Positions 46,521-56,904 of a DNA stretch of 64,000 bases are shown here, one piece after another (within the stretch, counting starts at the first letter, position 1; the number at the start of each line of letters is the position of its first letter). A program made the position numbers and the translations under genes. Source of the DNA: an uncultured Gemmatimonadaceae bacterium (GTDB lineage: Bacteria > Gemmatimonadota > Gemmatimonadetes > Gemmatimonadales > Gemmatimonadaceae); contig CAVUDW010000002.1 of NCBI GenBank assembly GCA_963740355.1, forward strand, positions 1,824,001 to 1,888,000. The letters run 5' to 3'. Under the pieces are notes generated by a model that did not search any database, was not told the DNA's origin, and worked only from the letters and a program-made list of their open reading frames with translations.

Positions 46521-47909
46521 ATGAAGACACCACACATCACCACCGAGCTCCCTGGCCCGAAGGCGCGCGCCATGATCCTTCGCGATGCCGCGGTCGTCTC
46601 ACCGTCATACCCGCGCGACTATCCCTTCGTGATGTCGCACGGACGGGGCGCTGAGGTGTGGGATGTGGATGGGAATCGCTTCCTCGATTTTGCGGCGGGG
46701 ATCGCCGTCTGCTCGACCGGACATTCGCATCCGAAGGTGGTGGAGGCGATCACCGAGGCTGCCAAGGGCTTCCTGCACATCTCGAGCGACTACTGGCACG
46801 AGTACCAGATCACGCTCGGTGAACGCATTCGCGACCTGAAGCCGATGGGCGATGAGCCGGTGATGAGCTTCATGTGCCAAAGCGGTACCGAGTCCGTTGA
46901 GGGGGCCTTGAAGCTGGCGCGCTACATCACTGGGCGCCCGCGCTTCATCGGATTTCTCGGTGGATTTCACGGTCGCACGATGGGCTCATTGTCGTTCACG
47001 TCGAGCAAGTACACGCAGCAGCAGGGATTCTTCCCGACGATGGCTGGCGTGACGCATGTGCCATACCCGAACAACTATCGCCCGATCTACGCCGGTGACG
47101 ATCAGGGCAAGGCGGTGCTCGACTACATCGAGAACATCCTCTTCACGCACAACGTGCCGGCGAAGGAGGTGGCAGGGATCCTGATCGAGCCGATCCAGGG
47201 AGAAGGTGGCTACATCGTGCCGCCGGATGGCTTCCTGGCAGGCCTGCGCGCCCTCTGCGATCGGCACGGCATCATGCTGATCTTCGACGAGGTGCAGTCA
47301 GGCGTTGGTCGAACTGGCAAGATGTTCGCGGCGCACCAAAGCGGTGTGGTCCCCGACATCATGACCCTGGCGAAGGGGCTTGGCTCCGGGATGCCGATCG
47401 GGCTCGTGGTTGCCAAGAAGAAGCACATGGAGCAGTGGAAGCGCGGCGCGCACGGCAACACCTATGGCGGCAATCCCGTCTGTTGTGCGGCGGCGATCGC
47501 GACCCTTGATCTCGTCGAAGGTGGCTATGCGGCCAACGCCGCCGACGTGGGTGCCTACTTCATCGACCGCCTGCGCGAATGGCAATCCCGCACGCCGCAG
47601 ATCGGCGAAGTTCGCGGCCAGGGGCTGATGATCGGGATGGAACTGATCGCGGGCCACGGCGACAAGACGCCCGCGCGCAAACTTTGCGATGACCTCGTCA
47701 CGCGGGCGTACTACAACGGCCTGATCCTCCTTTCGTGCGGCGTGAGCACGGTGCGGTTCATGCCACCCCTGTTGATCACACGCGCGGATGTAGACGAGGC
47801 GATGACGATCCTCGAGGCGAGCTTGCGCGAGGTATTGGATGAAGCCGATCGCGCTGCAGTAACTGGTGGGCTGAGTTCAGGCGGAGTGTTGGCAGAGGCG
47901 ATTGCGTGA
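46521..47909 (+). CDS. Class III PLP aminotransferase (4-aminobutyrate/acetylornithine-like)
   Basis: DVDGNRFLDF, FHGRT, EPIQGEGG, DEVQSGVGRTG, NTYGGNP. Confidence 0.93.
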   Translation: MKTPHITTELPGPKARAMILRDAAVVSPSYPRDYPFVMSHGRGAEVWDVDGNRFLDFAAGIAVCSTGHSHPKVVEAITEAAKGFLHISSDYWHEYQITLGERIRDLKPMGDEPVMSFMCQSGTESVEGALKLARYITGRPRFIGFLGGFHGRTMGSLSFTSSKYTQQQGFFPTMAGVTHVPYPNNYRPIYAGDDQGKAVLDYIENILFTHNVPAKEVAGILIEPIQGEGGYIVPPDGFLAGLRALCDRHGIMLIFDEVQSGVGRTGKMFAAHQSGVVPDIMTLAKGLGSGMPIGLVVAKKKHMEQWKRGAHGNTYGGNPVCCAAAIATLDLVEGGYAANAADVGAYFIDRLREWQSRTPQIGEVRGQGLMIGMELIAGHGDKTPARKLCDDLVTRAYYNGLILLSCGVSTVRFMPPLLITRADVDEAMTILEASLREVLDEADRAAVTGGLSSGGVLAEAIA

Positions 47910-49249
47910 GCTCTGACCGGCATGGGCAACGCAAGTTCGGCTTCTGGCTGGCGACCTCGCTCGTCGTCGGCAACATCATTGGGTCGGCGATCTTCATGCT
48001 GCCAGCCGGCCTGGCACCGTTCGGCTGGAACGCAATCTCCGCTTGGGGCGTGACGTTCGTTGGTGCACTGTGCCTGGCCTGGGTATTCGCACAGTTGGCC
48101 CGCTACCTCCCCAATGCGGGCGGCAGCTACGGTTTCATGCAGCTGGGCGTCGGTGAACGGCTCGCCTTTCTGGGGGCGTGGGGCTATCTGGTGTCGGTGT
48201 GGGCCGCCAATACGGGCATCACGATCGCGGGCATCAGCTATCTCACACGCCTGGTTCCGTGGATCGAGCGCACACCAGGGGCCTCGCTGGTCTCGGCACT
48301 GGTCGCGATCTGGCTGCTGACCTGGGTCAATTGTCGAGGCCTGCGCGCAGCCGGTGGCGTCCAACTGGTGACGACGATCATCAAGCTGCTGCCGTTCGTG
48401 GCGGTGATCGGGTTGGCCTTCTGGCGATTGTTCGCGTCCGGCGGTGCCGTGCTGCCGCCGATCCACGAGGGGTCGTTCACCTTTGTTGGCGCGACTGGCG
48501 CGGTCGGGTTGACGCTCTATGCGATGCTCGGATTGGAGAGTGCGACGGTGCCGGCCGATGCGGTCGAGAATCCGGCGCGCATAGTCCCGCTCGCGACCAT
48601 GGTGGGCACCGGTCTGAGTGCCGTCGTGAGCATCATCGCCACCTGTGCGGTCGTCCTGATGATGCCGGCTGCCGGCGTGATGGTCTCAAAGGCACCGATC
48701 TCGGATTTCATCGCCGTTTCATGGGGCGACGTTGCGGGTGGCTTCGTTGCGGTCTGCGCTGTCGTCAGCTGCTTCGGCTGCCTCAATGGCTTTCTGCTGA
48801 TTGGTGGTGAGTTGCCCGTCGCGATGGCCGACTCCGGTACGCTGCCAGCCTGGTTCTCGAGGCGAAATGCTGCCGGTGCCCCATCGCGGTCGATCATCTT
48901 CGGCGCCGTGGTGACCTCGCTCTTGGCACTGGCGGCTTACACGAAGCAGGGCGTGGGCGCCTACAATTTCGCGATCCTGATCTCGACCGCGACCAACCTC
49001 GTGATCTTCGTCTTCTGCACGATCGCCGTGGTGCGCTTCATGATCGATGGTCGTGTGCCGCGATCGCTCGGTCTCATCGTCTGCGCCACGATCGCCCTGT
49101 TGTTCTCCGGTTGGGCGCTGTACGGCTCCGGCACCGAATCGCTGTTGTGGGGCGGCGTCCTGATTGCGCTTGGGTTGCCGATTTACGCGGTGGCTCGACG
49201 CGCGGCGCAGCGTACCGCGGCCGTTGTCGGCGCACGCGCCGTGTCGTGA
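47906..49249 (+). CDS. APC-family amino acid/polyamine permease
   Basis: GNIIGSAIFMLP, GGSY, GLESA, ENPAR; about 12 TM; GTGA overlap with the upstream gene. Confidence 0.92.
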   Translation: MSSDRHGQRKFGFWLATSLVVGNIIGSAIFMLPAGLAPFGWNAISAWGVTFVGALCLAWVFAQLARYLPNAGGSYGFMQLGVGERLAFLGAWGYLVSVWAANTGITIAGISYLTRLVPWIERTPGASLVSALVAIWLLTWVNCRGLRAAGGVQLVTTIIKLLPFVAVIGLAFWRLFASGGAVLPPIHEGSFTFVGATGAVGLTLYAMLGLESATVPADAVENPARIVPLATMVGTGLSAVVSIIATCAVVLMMPAAGVMVSKAPISDFIAVSWGDVAGGFVAVCAVVSCFGCLNGFLLIGGELPVAMADSGTLPAWFSRRNAAGAPSRSIIFGAVVTSLLALAAYTKQGVGAYNFAILISTATNLVIFVFCTIAVVRFMIDGRVPRSLGLIVCATIALLFSGWALYGSGTESLLWGGVLIALGLPIYAVARRAAQRTAAVVGARAVS

Positions 49250-49276
49250 TTCCATCGTTCGCCTGGAGACCGTTGC

Positions 49277-51340
49277 ATGCCGCGTGATCCCCGCTATGAC
49301 ATTCTCTTCGATTCGGTGAAGATCGGGCCGGTCACGGCGCGCAATCGGTTCTTTCAGGTGCCGCACTGCAACGGCATGGGCCACCAAATGCCGGCGGCGC
49401 ATGCCGCGATGCGTGAAGCGAAGGCGGAAGGTGGGTGGGCGGTGGTCTCGACCGAGGAGTGCGAGATCCACCCCAGTGGCGATGTCACGCCGTATGTCGA
49501 GGCTCGCCTGTGGGATGATGCCGATATCCCCGCGCTGGCGATGATGTGTGAGCGGGTGCATGCACACGGATCGCTGGCGGCAGTGGAACTGACGCACAAC
49601 GGACCGACGTCAAGCAATCTCTACTCTCGCGAGGTGGCGCTGGCACCGTCACACCAGCCGCTCAAGTACGGCTATCCGCATCAGGCGCGCGGCATGACGA
49701 AGCACGACATCCGCGAATACCGCCGCTGGCACCGCGAGGCGGCGATCCGCGGACGTACTGCTGGCTTCGACCTGATCTACGTCTACGCGGGTCACGACCT
49801 CAGCCTGGCGATGCATTTCCTGCAGCGCCGACGCAATCATCGCACCGACGAATACGGCGGCTCACTGGAGAACCGCGTTCGGCTCTTCCGCGAGATCATC
49901 GAGGATACGAAGGACGCGGTGGGCGACACCTGCGGCGTGGTCGTGCGTTTCGCGGTGGAAGAGCTGCTGGGTGACTCCGGCGTGACCGTCGCCGAGGCGA
50001 AGGAAGTCGTGCACATGCTTGCCGAACTGCCGGATCTGTGGGATGTGAACGTCGCTGCCTGGTACAACGACTCGATGACCTCGCGGTTTGCCAAGGAAGG
50101 CGCGCAGGAACCGTTCACGCACTGGGTGAAGCAGTACACCACCAAGCCGGTGGTCGGCGTTGGACGCTTCACCAGCCCTGACACGATGGTTGACCAGATC
50201 CGCCGCGGTGTGCTCGACATGATCGGCGCGGCGCGCCCGAGCATTGCCGATCCATGGTTACCGCGAAAGATCGATGAAGGCCGGCAGGATGACATTCGTG
50301 AGTGCATCGGCTGCAACATCTGCGTCACTGGCGACATGACCATCACGCCGATCCGCTGCACGCAGAACCCGAGCATGGGCGAAGAGTGGCGGAAGGGCTG
50401 GCACCCGGAGCGCATCGCGACGAAGAAGTCGGAGTCGCGGATGCTCGTCGTCGGCGCGGGACCTGCCGGCCTCGAGGCAGCGCGTGCGCTCGGCCAACGG
50501 GGCTACGAAGTGCATCTGACCGAGGCATCGCGCGAACTCGGTGGGCGGGTGTTGCGCGAGGCGCGGCTGCCCGGGCTGGCCGAATGGATGCGGGTGCGCG
50601 ACTGGCGTGTGTCACAGATTGAAAAGCTGAGCACCGTCACCGTGTATCCAGAGTCGCCTGTCTCGGCGCAGGACGTGCTCGACTTCGGGGCCAGTCATGT
50701 CGTGCTGGCAACGGGCTGCGCATGGCGACGTGACGGATACGGTCGTTCGAATGGTGCCGCAATTTCTGGATTCGGCGCGCTGACGCTGACCCCGGACGAT
50801 ATCCTGGACGGCCGCATTCCCACCGGTCACGTCGTGATCTTCGATGACGACTCGTTCTACCTCGGCAGCGTGCTCGCGGAGCTGATCGTGAATGCCGGTG
50901 CGACAGTGACGATCGTCACACCTGATGACACGGTGGCATCGTGGACTGGTAACACGCTCGACTTCCGCCACATCCAGAAGCGACTCTACAAGCTTGGCGT
51001 GAAGCAGGTGACGTCCCACAACATCGTCGAAGCGCTGCCTGGCGGTATTCGCGTCGAGCACGAATGGTCTGGCGTCGTGAGCGAGATCGCGTGTGACGCT
51101 GTCGTCTCGGTTACCGCTCGCATTCCAAACGATACGCTCTTCCTCGAACTCGACCAGCGTCGGTCGGAATGGAGCGCGGCGGGTGTGTCAGGGGTGCAGT
51201 GCATCGGCGATGCGTTCGCGCCCGGGCTCATTGCACACGCGGTGTACGCCGGTCACCGCTACGCACAGGAGTTCGACGGTGGACCGGTCAGCGACGTGCC
51301 GTTCCGGCGGCACCTGCCTGTCGCGCAGCTCGGCCCATGA
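49277..51340 (+). CDS. Trimethylamine/histamine dehydrogenase-family iron-sulfur flavoprotein
   Basis: QVPHCNGMG (covalent FMN Cys), YVYAGH, 4Fe-4S motif CIGCNIC...C, VGAGPAG nucleotide-binding fold. Confidence 0.9.
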   Translation: MPRDPRYDILFDSVKIGPVTARNRFFQVPHCNGMGHQMPAAHAAMREAKAEGGWAVVSTEECEIHPSGDVTPYVEARLWDDADIPALAMMCERVHAHGSLAAVELTHNGPTSSNLYSREVALAPSHQPLKYGYPHQARGMTKHDIREYRRWHREAAIRGRTAGFDLIYVYAGHDLSLAMHFLQRRRNHRTDEYGGSLENRVRLFREIIEDTKDAVGDTCGVVVRFAVEELLGDSGVTVAEAKEVVHMLAELPDLWDVNVAAWYNDSMTSRFAKEGAQEPFTHWVKQYTTKPVVGVGRFTSPDTMVDQIRRGVLDMIGAARPSIADPWLPRKIDEGRQDDIRECIGCNICVTGDMTITPIRCTQNPSMGEEWRKGWHPERIATKKSESRMLVVGAGPAGLEAARALGQRGYEVHLTEASRELGGRVLREARLPGLAEWMRVRDWRVSQIEKLSTVTVYPESPVSAQDVLDFGASHVVLATGCAWRRDGYGRSNGAAISGFGALTLTPDDILDGRIPTGHVVIFDDDSFYLGSVLAELIVNAGATVTIVTPDDTVASWTGNTLDFRHIQKRLYKLGVKQVTSHNIVEALPGGIRVEHEWSGVVSEIACDAVVSVTARIPNDTLFLELDQRRSEWSAAGVSGVQCIGDAFAPGLIAHAVYAGHRYAQEFDGGPVSDVPFRRHLPVAQLGP

Positions 51341-51355
51341 CCGCTTGGTGCTGAG

Positions 51356-53573
51356 CTAGCGCGTGGTGGCAGCGTCGGCCGCCCGTTGTGTCGCCGCCGC
51401 TGCCGTCTCGAGCTTTTGCGCAACGATCGCCAATTGTGTGCGCGCGCGCGCCCAGTCACCGACATCGACTCCTTCCTGCACGCCGGGTAGCGTCATCGCG
51501 GCGTAGGTGTATCGCGGCGCATACAGGACATGATGAAACCATGGGCGACCGGGGATACCGTCGGCATTCAGCAACGCCTGCTCCACCGAGCGCATCGCCT
51601 CGTTCATGGCTGCCAACCGCTGCGTTCGCGCCGGTGACGGGGCCGAGGCGAGCGTTGAAGCCAATGCCCGCTCGAGCACTGCCGCCGCGGCGGCCCACTT
51701 TGCCTTCGCAGCACGTACGGCAGTGAAGTCGAGCTGCCCCGCCACTGCCGGCTGCGCAGCCAACGCATCGATGAAGCCGCCGACACGGTTTGCGTAGATC
51801 GCGAAGTCATGCGGGTAGTGCTCGGCATTCGCCAGCCGCAATGCCATCCGTCCCCACACATCCGACATCGTCGTCATGTAGCGAAAGCCCGGATCGCCGA
51901 AGTGCTCCATCCAGTAGGCGTTGTCGTAAATCGAGTGATAGACCCCGTATGGGCCGTTGAAGCTCATCTCGACGATTGGGAGACCAAGAAAGTTGAGGAA
52001 GACGGTGTAATCCGATCCGGAGCCGAGCGCGTTTCCCGGGTAGTCGATTGGGCGTTTCGCGGCCGTTTCGTGCGTCGCGCCGCCGCCGATCGTGGCATCC
52101 TCGCGTCGGGTGGCGTTCAACGTTCGTCCCCAGGCGTCGAGCACCGAGCCGTTCGTCGCCGGGTCCTTCACATCGCGGACCACCTGCGCGACGAGCGGAT
52201 TGAGGCTCGCAATCGCACCGGCATCGAAATTCGAGCCGCTGGTCGAGCCATCCACATTCAGGTACGCGATTGCATTCTTGCGCAGGTCATCGGCGAACTG
52301 TTCTCCCCATTCCGTCGATCCGGTCAGGTGCCACTCTTCGGCGTCCCAGCTGGCGAACACGATCGTGCGCTTCGGGCGGCGACCGGCGCGTGCCTGTGCA
52401 CCCATGATACGCGCCAGTTCCATCTGCGTCGCGGTACCGCTGGATGGATCGACCGCACCGAACACCCACGCATCGCGATGATTGCCGAGGACGACGTATT
52501 TTTCCGGCTCGTCGGTACCGGTGATGCGACCTTCGACCACCCAGATCGGTCGCGTCGCACCGTCCATGTCGACTTTCACGCGCACCGTCGTCGGGCCGCT
52601 ACCGACATGGTAGGGAAAGCCGAGCGCACCTTGCCAGGCTGGCGGCGCTTCCGGGCCACCCGAGCGCCTGCAGTAGCGGCTTCGCATCCCGGTACGACAT
52701 GGGGACCATCATGATGCGCGGGATCGACAGCGCGTCACTCTCGGCGATGCGTGGTGCGCCCGGCACCGAGGCATAGCCGGGTGTGAGCGGATCTCCGGCC
52801 ACCATGAAGTCGTACGTCAGCGCGCCGCGCTGGATGTGGCTCTCCGGTCCCCACGGTCCATCAGGAAATGTCTTGCCTTTCTTGAAGCCGTCTTCCGCTG
52901 GATCCGAATAGATCAGGACAGCGGCCAGGCCGCGCTTTTCAGCCGTGATCGCCTTGAAGCCGCGATAGCTGTATGGCACCGAATAGCGCACCAGCGCGAT
53001 CTTGCCCTTCAGGCTCACCCCGTGCTGTTCCAGCCAGTCGTAGTCGGCCGGATTGCCACTCGCGGCGTACACGAGTTCTCCGGTCACGTCGCCGGAGGCG
53101 CTCATCCCGATGTAGGTGATGCCGGGATCCTTGGCGGTGTGTGGGTCCTGCGGATAGGCGTCCTCACGCAGGGTGGCTTCGTACCTGGTCGGTGCGGTCA
53201 TGGTCACCTTCACTTCGCGCGGCCAGGGTAGCAGCACGTCGTAGCGATGCAGCTGCACGTGGTCCAGGCCCCAGGCGCGATACCGTTCGGCCATCCACTC
53301 CGCGAGTTCCTTGTTGCGCACCGAGCCGGCAGGATGCGGCTCGTCGGTCAGGTGCCGGAAGTACGCGCCGGTGGAGTCGCGATTCAGGTTCCGCGACAGC
53401 TCCGCTTCGATGGCGCGTTCACTGGTCGCGGCGTCGGCTGAAAAGCCACGAAGCGAATCGCCGCTGATCGGCCCGACGGCACCCGGTCGTGGTAGCGTCG
53501 TGCAAGCCACGAACGCTGTCGCCGCGAATGCCGTCAGCGAGGGGAGGAGCAATCGGGAACGGCAGCGGTGCAT
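51356..53573 (-). CDS. M28 peptidase (glutamate carboxypeptidase II/transferrin-receptor-like), apparent frameshift at ~52660
   Basis: PA domain in 52599-53573 (YRGFK, YSDPAED). Catalytic part GNHRDAW, DAEE, GSDY, YHS and dimer domain in 51356-52687. The halves join if one G is removed. Confidence 0.85.
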
Positions 53574-53717
53574 GCGGCGGCTCCAGCGGGTGCGGGAAGA
53601 TCGGACCTGCGTGACGCTACCTCGAGTCTCGCTCGGGATGACACCGGAAATTTTAGCGACGGGCGCACGGCGCTGGCGACAGGGCCACCGCCGTTCGCTG
53701 TCCCGCGGGATGCGGCG

Positions 53718-54269
53718 CTACGCGGGCAGCCTATCCCGCGCGCCCAGCAGCGCCTCGATGGCGTCGGCGAGGTGCTCCTCGGTGATGTGATGATCGCCAC
53801 GTTCCACGCGCAGGTGGTACGCCCGCATCAGGATGTCGGCCGCGCGTAGTCCCTCGGGCGTCTCGAACTTGTAGCAGGCCAGTTCGACCTTGAGGCCGTT
53901 CGGGTCCTGTAGGTAGATCGAATCCATGAAGCCGCGGTCACGCTGGATGAACTCGATGCCGCGCTCCCGCAGTCGCTCCGGTGCCATCAGGAACGTGGCG
54001 CGCGACACGTTGAAGGCGATGTGCTCGACGCAGCCCACCTCGCGTGGCGCAGGCCGTCCGGCGTCGGTGCGGCTTTCGTTCGTGAACACGGTGATCAGCC
54101 GACCATCACCTGGATCGAAGTACAGGTGATTCTCGTCGGGCTTGCCGAGGTTCGGCTGCTCGAAAAGAAAGGGCATGCCAAGGGCACCTTGCCAGAAGTC
54201 GATCGCGCTCTGCTTGGTGGAGCCGACCAGCGTGATGTGGTGCACGCCTTGCACCTGGATCTTCTTCAC
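53718..54269 (-). CDS. VOC/glyoxalase-family protein
   Basis: GVHHIT, EHIAF, SIYLQDPNGLKVEL; GAGGAAGG RBS with GTG start. Confidence 0.9.
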   Translation of the reverse strand: MKKIQVQGVHHITLVGSTKQSAIDFWQGALGMPFLFEQPNLGKPDENHLYFDPGDGRLITVFTNESRTDAGRPAPREVGCVEHIAFNVSRATFLMAPERLRERGIEFIQRDRGFMDSIYLQDPNGLKVELACYKFETPEGLRAADILMRAYHLRVERGDHHITEEHLADAIEALLGARDRLPA

Positions 54270-54468
54270 GTGCCCTTCCTCTCTGAACGTGTGTGTGCGC
54301 CCTGCAGCGCCGAAAGTCGAACACCTGCCGTACGTGGGTTCCGCGGCCTCGCCGATGGGCGGGCCCGGCGTCGCCACCCGATGCCAGCGGCTCCCTGCGA
54401 TGTCCGACGTCGGTAAAATCTGCGGACTTCCGTCTGACAGCGTCAGGGAGCGGCTGCTATCCTGAGGC

Positions 54469-56079
54469 ATGCCCGCCACCCGACTCGCCGGCCTCCCGTC
54501 ACGCGGCACGCTGCTGGGCGTGCTGCTCGCCGCCACGCTCGGTCTCGGCGGAGTCTTCGCCGTCGAGACGGTCGGCATGGCGCGGTCGCACAGCGTGAGT
54601 GTGGGGCGGTTCCTCGATGAAACAGCGCAGGCAGCCGCCCGGGAGTTCCTGTCGCGGTCCCGCGACGAGGTGGATGCCCTCGCCACCGACCTGCTCAGCG
54701 GCATCACGGGCCAGCGCGCCTCGTCCCCCTACGAGGAACTGCCGACCATCGACAACCTGCAGCGAGCGGCCGACCGGGCATTCAGTTGCGGCACCGCTGG
54801 CGTGCGCGCGTTCCGCTTTGATTTTCGCAGCCAGTCCCTCGTCACCGGCAGTCGCTCCACGCCCGAGGAACGTGCGGCGCTCGGTGCGCGCATCGCCGAG
54901 GACTACCGCGCGCGGTATCGCCCGGAATGGCGTGCGACGCTGCTTTTGGCACCCCAGCCGGCGAAGCCGGTGCTGTACGCGGTGCGTTTCGCCGAGTTCC
55001 GCGCGCCGCTGGCGGTGTTCGGGGTCGAGCTCTGTGCCGCTGCGGTGAGGAATTCGATTTTCGCCGCCGCGCTGGCCCGCGGGGGATTGCTGGCCGATGA
55101 TGCTGGCAGCGTGACGCAGGATTCGCTGGTGGCCGTCGAGGTGACGGGAGCCGGCGGCGCGGTGGTGCTCGACGCGGCACCAGTTCCCGATGCTGCTCAT
55201 CGCGCGTCGGCGACCATCGAGCGGCTCGGTGGTGTGGCAGCGACGGTGACGTTACGCCCGGCGGCGGCGCGACTGCTGGCGGTCTCGCCACCATCGTCCT
55301 CGCGCGTGGAGTGGCTGGTTGGCCTCTTCGTGCTCACCGCGCTCCTCGCATTCGTCGCGCTGCTGCAGCTGCGGCGCGAAGCGGCACTGGTCAAGCTGCG
55401 CACCGATTTCACTTCGTCGGTGTCGCATGAACTGCGTACGCCGTTGGCCCAGATCCTTCTCTTCGGCGAAACCCTTCGTCTCGGTCGTACTCGCACCGAG
55501 GACGAACGTCGCTTCGCCGTCGACACGATCGTCGAGGAAGGTCGGCGCTTGATGCATCTCGTCGACAACCTGCTCCAGTTCGATCGGACGACGCGAGGTA
55601 CCGCACCACTGGAACTGACCACGGTCGCGGTGACGGACGTGGTCAGGTCGACCTGTGAGACCTTTGCCCCGATTGCAGCCGCATCGAAGATGACCTTGCG
55701 TTGCGATGTGCCGACTGACCTTTCCGTGCGCGCCGATGCGGCCGCGTTGCGCCATGTGCTGCTCAATTTTCTCGACAATGCGGCCAAGTATGGACCGTCG
55801 CCGCAGGTCGTGCGCATCGGTGCCGAGCGATCGAACGGCATGGTGAGCATCCGTGTCGACGACGAAGGGCCGGGCGTTCCGGTGGCGGAACGTGATGCGA
55901 TCTGGCCGCCCTTTGCGAGGCTCGACCGCGATCGGAGGGGGTCGCGGCCCGGCAGTGGCATCGGACTGAGTGTCGTTCGTGACCTCGTTACCCGACAGCA
56001 CGGGCAGTGCAGGGTGGAAGGTGCTCCTGGCGGTGGCGCGCGCTTCGTGGTGGAATTGGCCAGCGCGGGGAAGGCGTGA
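54469..56079 (+). CDS. Sensor histidine kinase
   Basis: VSHELRTPL, NFLDNAAKY, DEGPGV, GSGIGL; two TM helices around a periplasmic domain. Confidence 0.93.
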   Translation: MPATRLAGLPSRGTLLGVLLAATLGLGGVFAVETVGMARSHSVSVGRFLDETAQAAAREFLSRSRDEVDALATDLLSGITGQRASSPYEELPTIDNLQRAADRAFSCGTAGVRAFRFDFRSQSLVTGSRSTPEERAALGARIAEDYRARYRPEWRATLLLAPQPAKPVLYAVRFAEFRAPLAVFGVELCAAAVRNSIFAAALARGGLLADDAGSVTQDSLVAVEVTGAGGAVVLDAAPVPDAAHRASATIERLGGVAATVTLRPAAARLLAVSPPSSSRVEWLVGLFVLTALLAFVALLQLRREAALVKLRTDFTSSVSHELRTPLAQILLFGETLRLGRTRTEDERRFAVDTIVEEGRRLMHLVDNLLQFDRTTRGTAPLELTTVAVTDVVRSTCETFAPIAAASKMTLRCDVPTDLSVRADAAALRHVLLNFLDNAAKYGPSPQVVRIGAERSNGMVSIRVDDEGPGVPVAERDAIWPPFARLDRDRRGSRPGSGIGLSVVRDLVTRQHGQCRVEGAPGGGARFVVELASAGKA

Positions 56080-56768
56080 TGGCGCGCATCCTGATCATCG
56101 AGGATAGCGAAAAGCTGGCGCAGGGGCTTCGTACGAACCTCGAGTTCGACGGCCATCAGGTTCGCCTGGTGCATGACGGTGTGCGTGGCCTCGAGGCCGC
56201 GCTCGAGGGCTGGGCCGAGCTGCTCATTCTCGACCTGATGTTGCCGGGCATGGATGGCTACGCGCTGCTGCGTGCGGCGCGCGAGCGAGGACTTCGAGCC
56301 CCGGTGCTGATCCTCACGGCGTTGGGTGAGGAAGCGGAGAAAGTGCGCGGCTTTCGCTTCGGCGCCGATGACTACGTCACGAAACCGTTCGGATTGATGG
56401 AGTTACTGGCGCGGGTGGAAGCCTTGCTGCGGCGTGCGTCGCGTGGTGACGATGTGCTCAAGGAGACCTACCGCCTCGGTGGGGTGGAAGTCCAGACGTC
56501 AGCACACGTGGTGACGCGCGATGGAGCACTGGTCCAGCTGCGCCCTCGCGAGTACGACCTGCTGGTGGCGCTCTGTCGCCGCCGCGGCGAGGTCATTTCG
56601 CGGGCGGATCTGTTGAAGGATGTCTGGGGATATGGCGACGATGTCGTGACGCGCACGGTCGATACCCATGTGGCCGAGTTGCGGCGCAAGCTCGAAGTCG
56701 ACCCTGCGCTGCCGCGCTGGATCGTGACGGTGCCACGCGCGGGGTATCGGCTCGAACTGGAGCCGTGA
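56079..56768 (+). CDS. OmpR/PhoB-family response regulator
   Basis: IIED, LDLMLP, ADDYVTKPF, RTVDTHVAELRRKL; TGATG overlap with the kinase. Confidence 0.95.
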   Translation: MARILIIEDSEKLAQGLRTNLEFDGHQVRLVHDGVRGLEAALEGWAELLILDLMLPGMDGYALLRAARERGLRAPVLILTALGEEAEKVRGFRFGADDYVTKPFGLMELLARVEALLRRASRGDDVLKETYRLGGVEVQTSAHVVTRDGALVQLRPREYDLLVALCRRRGEVISRADLLKDVWGYGDDVVTRTVDTHVAELRRKLEVDPALPRWIVTVPRAGYRLELEP

Positions 56769-56785
56769 ACTCGAGCCGTGCACAC

Positions 56786-56817
56786 GATCGTGACCAAGAT
56801 CGTGACCAAGATCGTGA
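56786..56817 (+). repeat. Triple direct repeat GATCGTGA (12-bp period) upstream of the permease
   Basis: Copies at 56786, 56798 and 56810. Confidence 0.75.
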
Positions 56818-56904
56818 ACGCGAGCTGACGAAACGCGGACGCGGCGCGGACAGACAAGGACCCTGACAACGACGACTGTTCGGGAAACAACCCAGGACAA
56901 TCGC

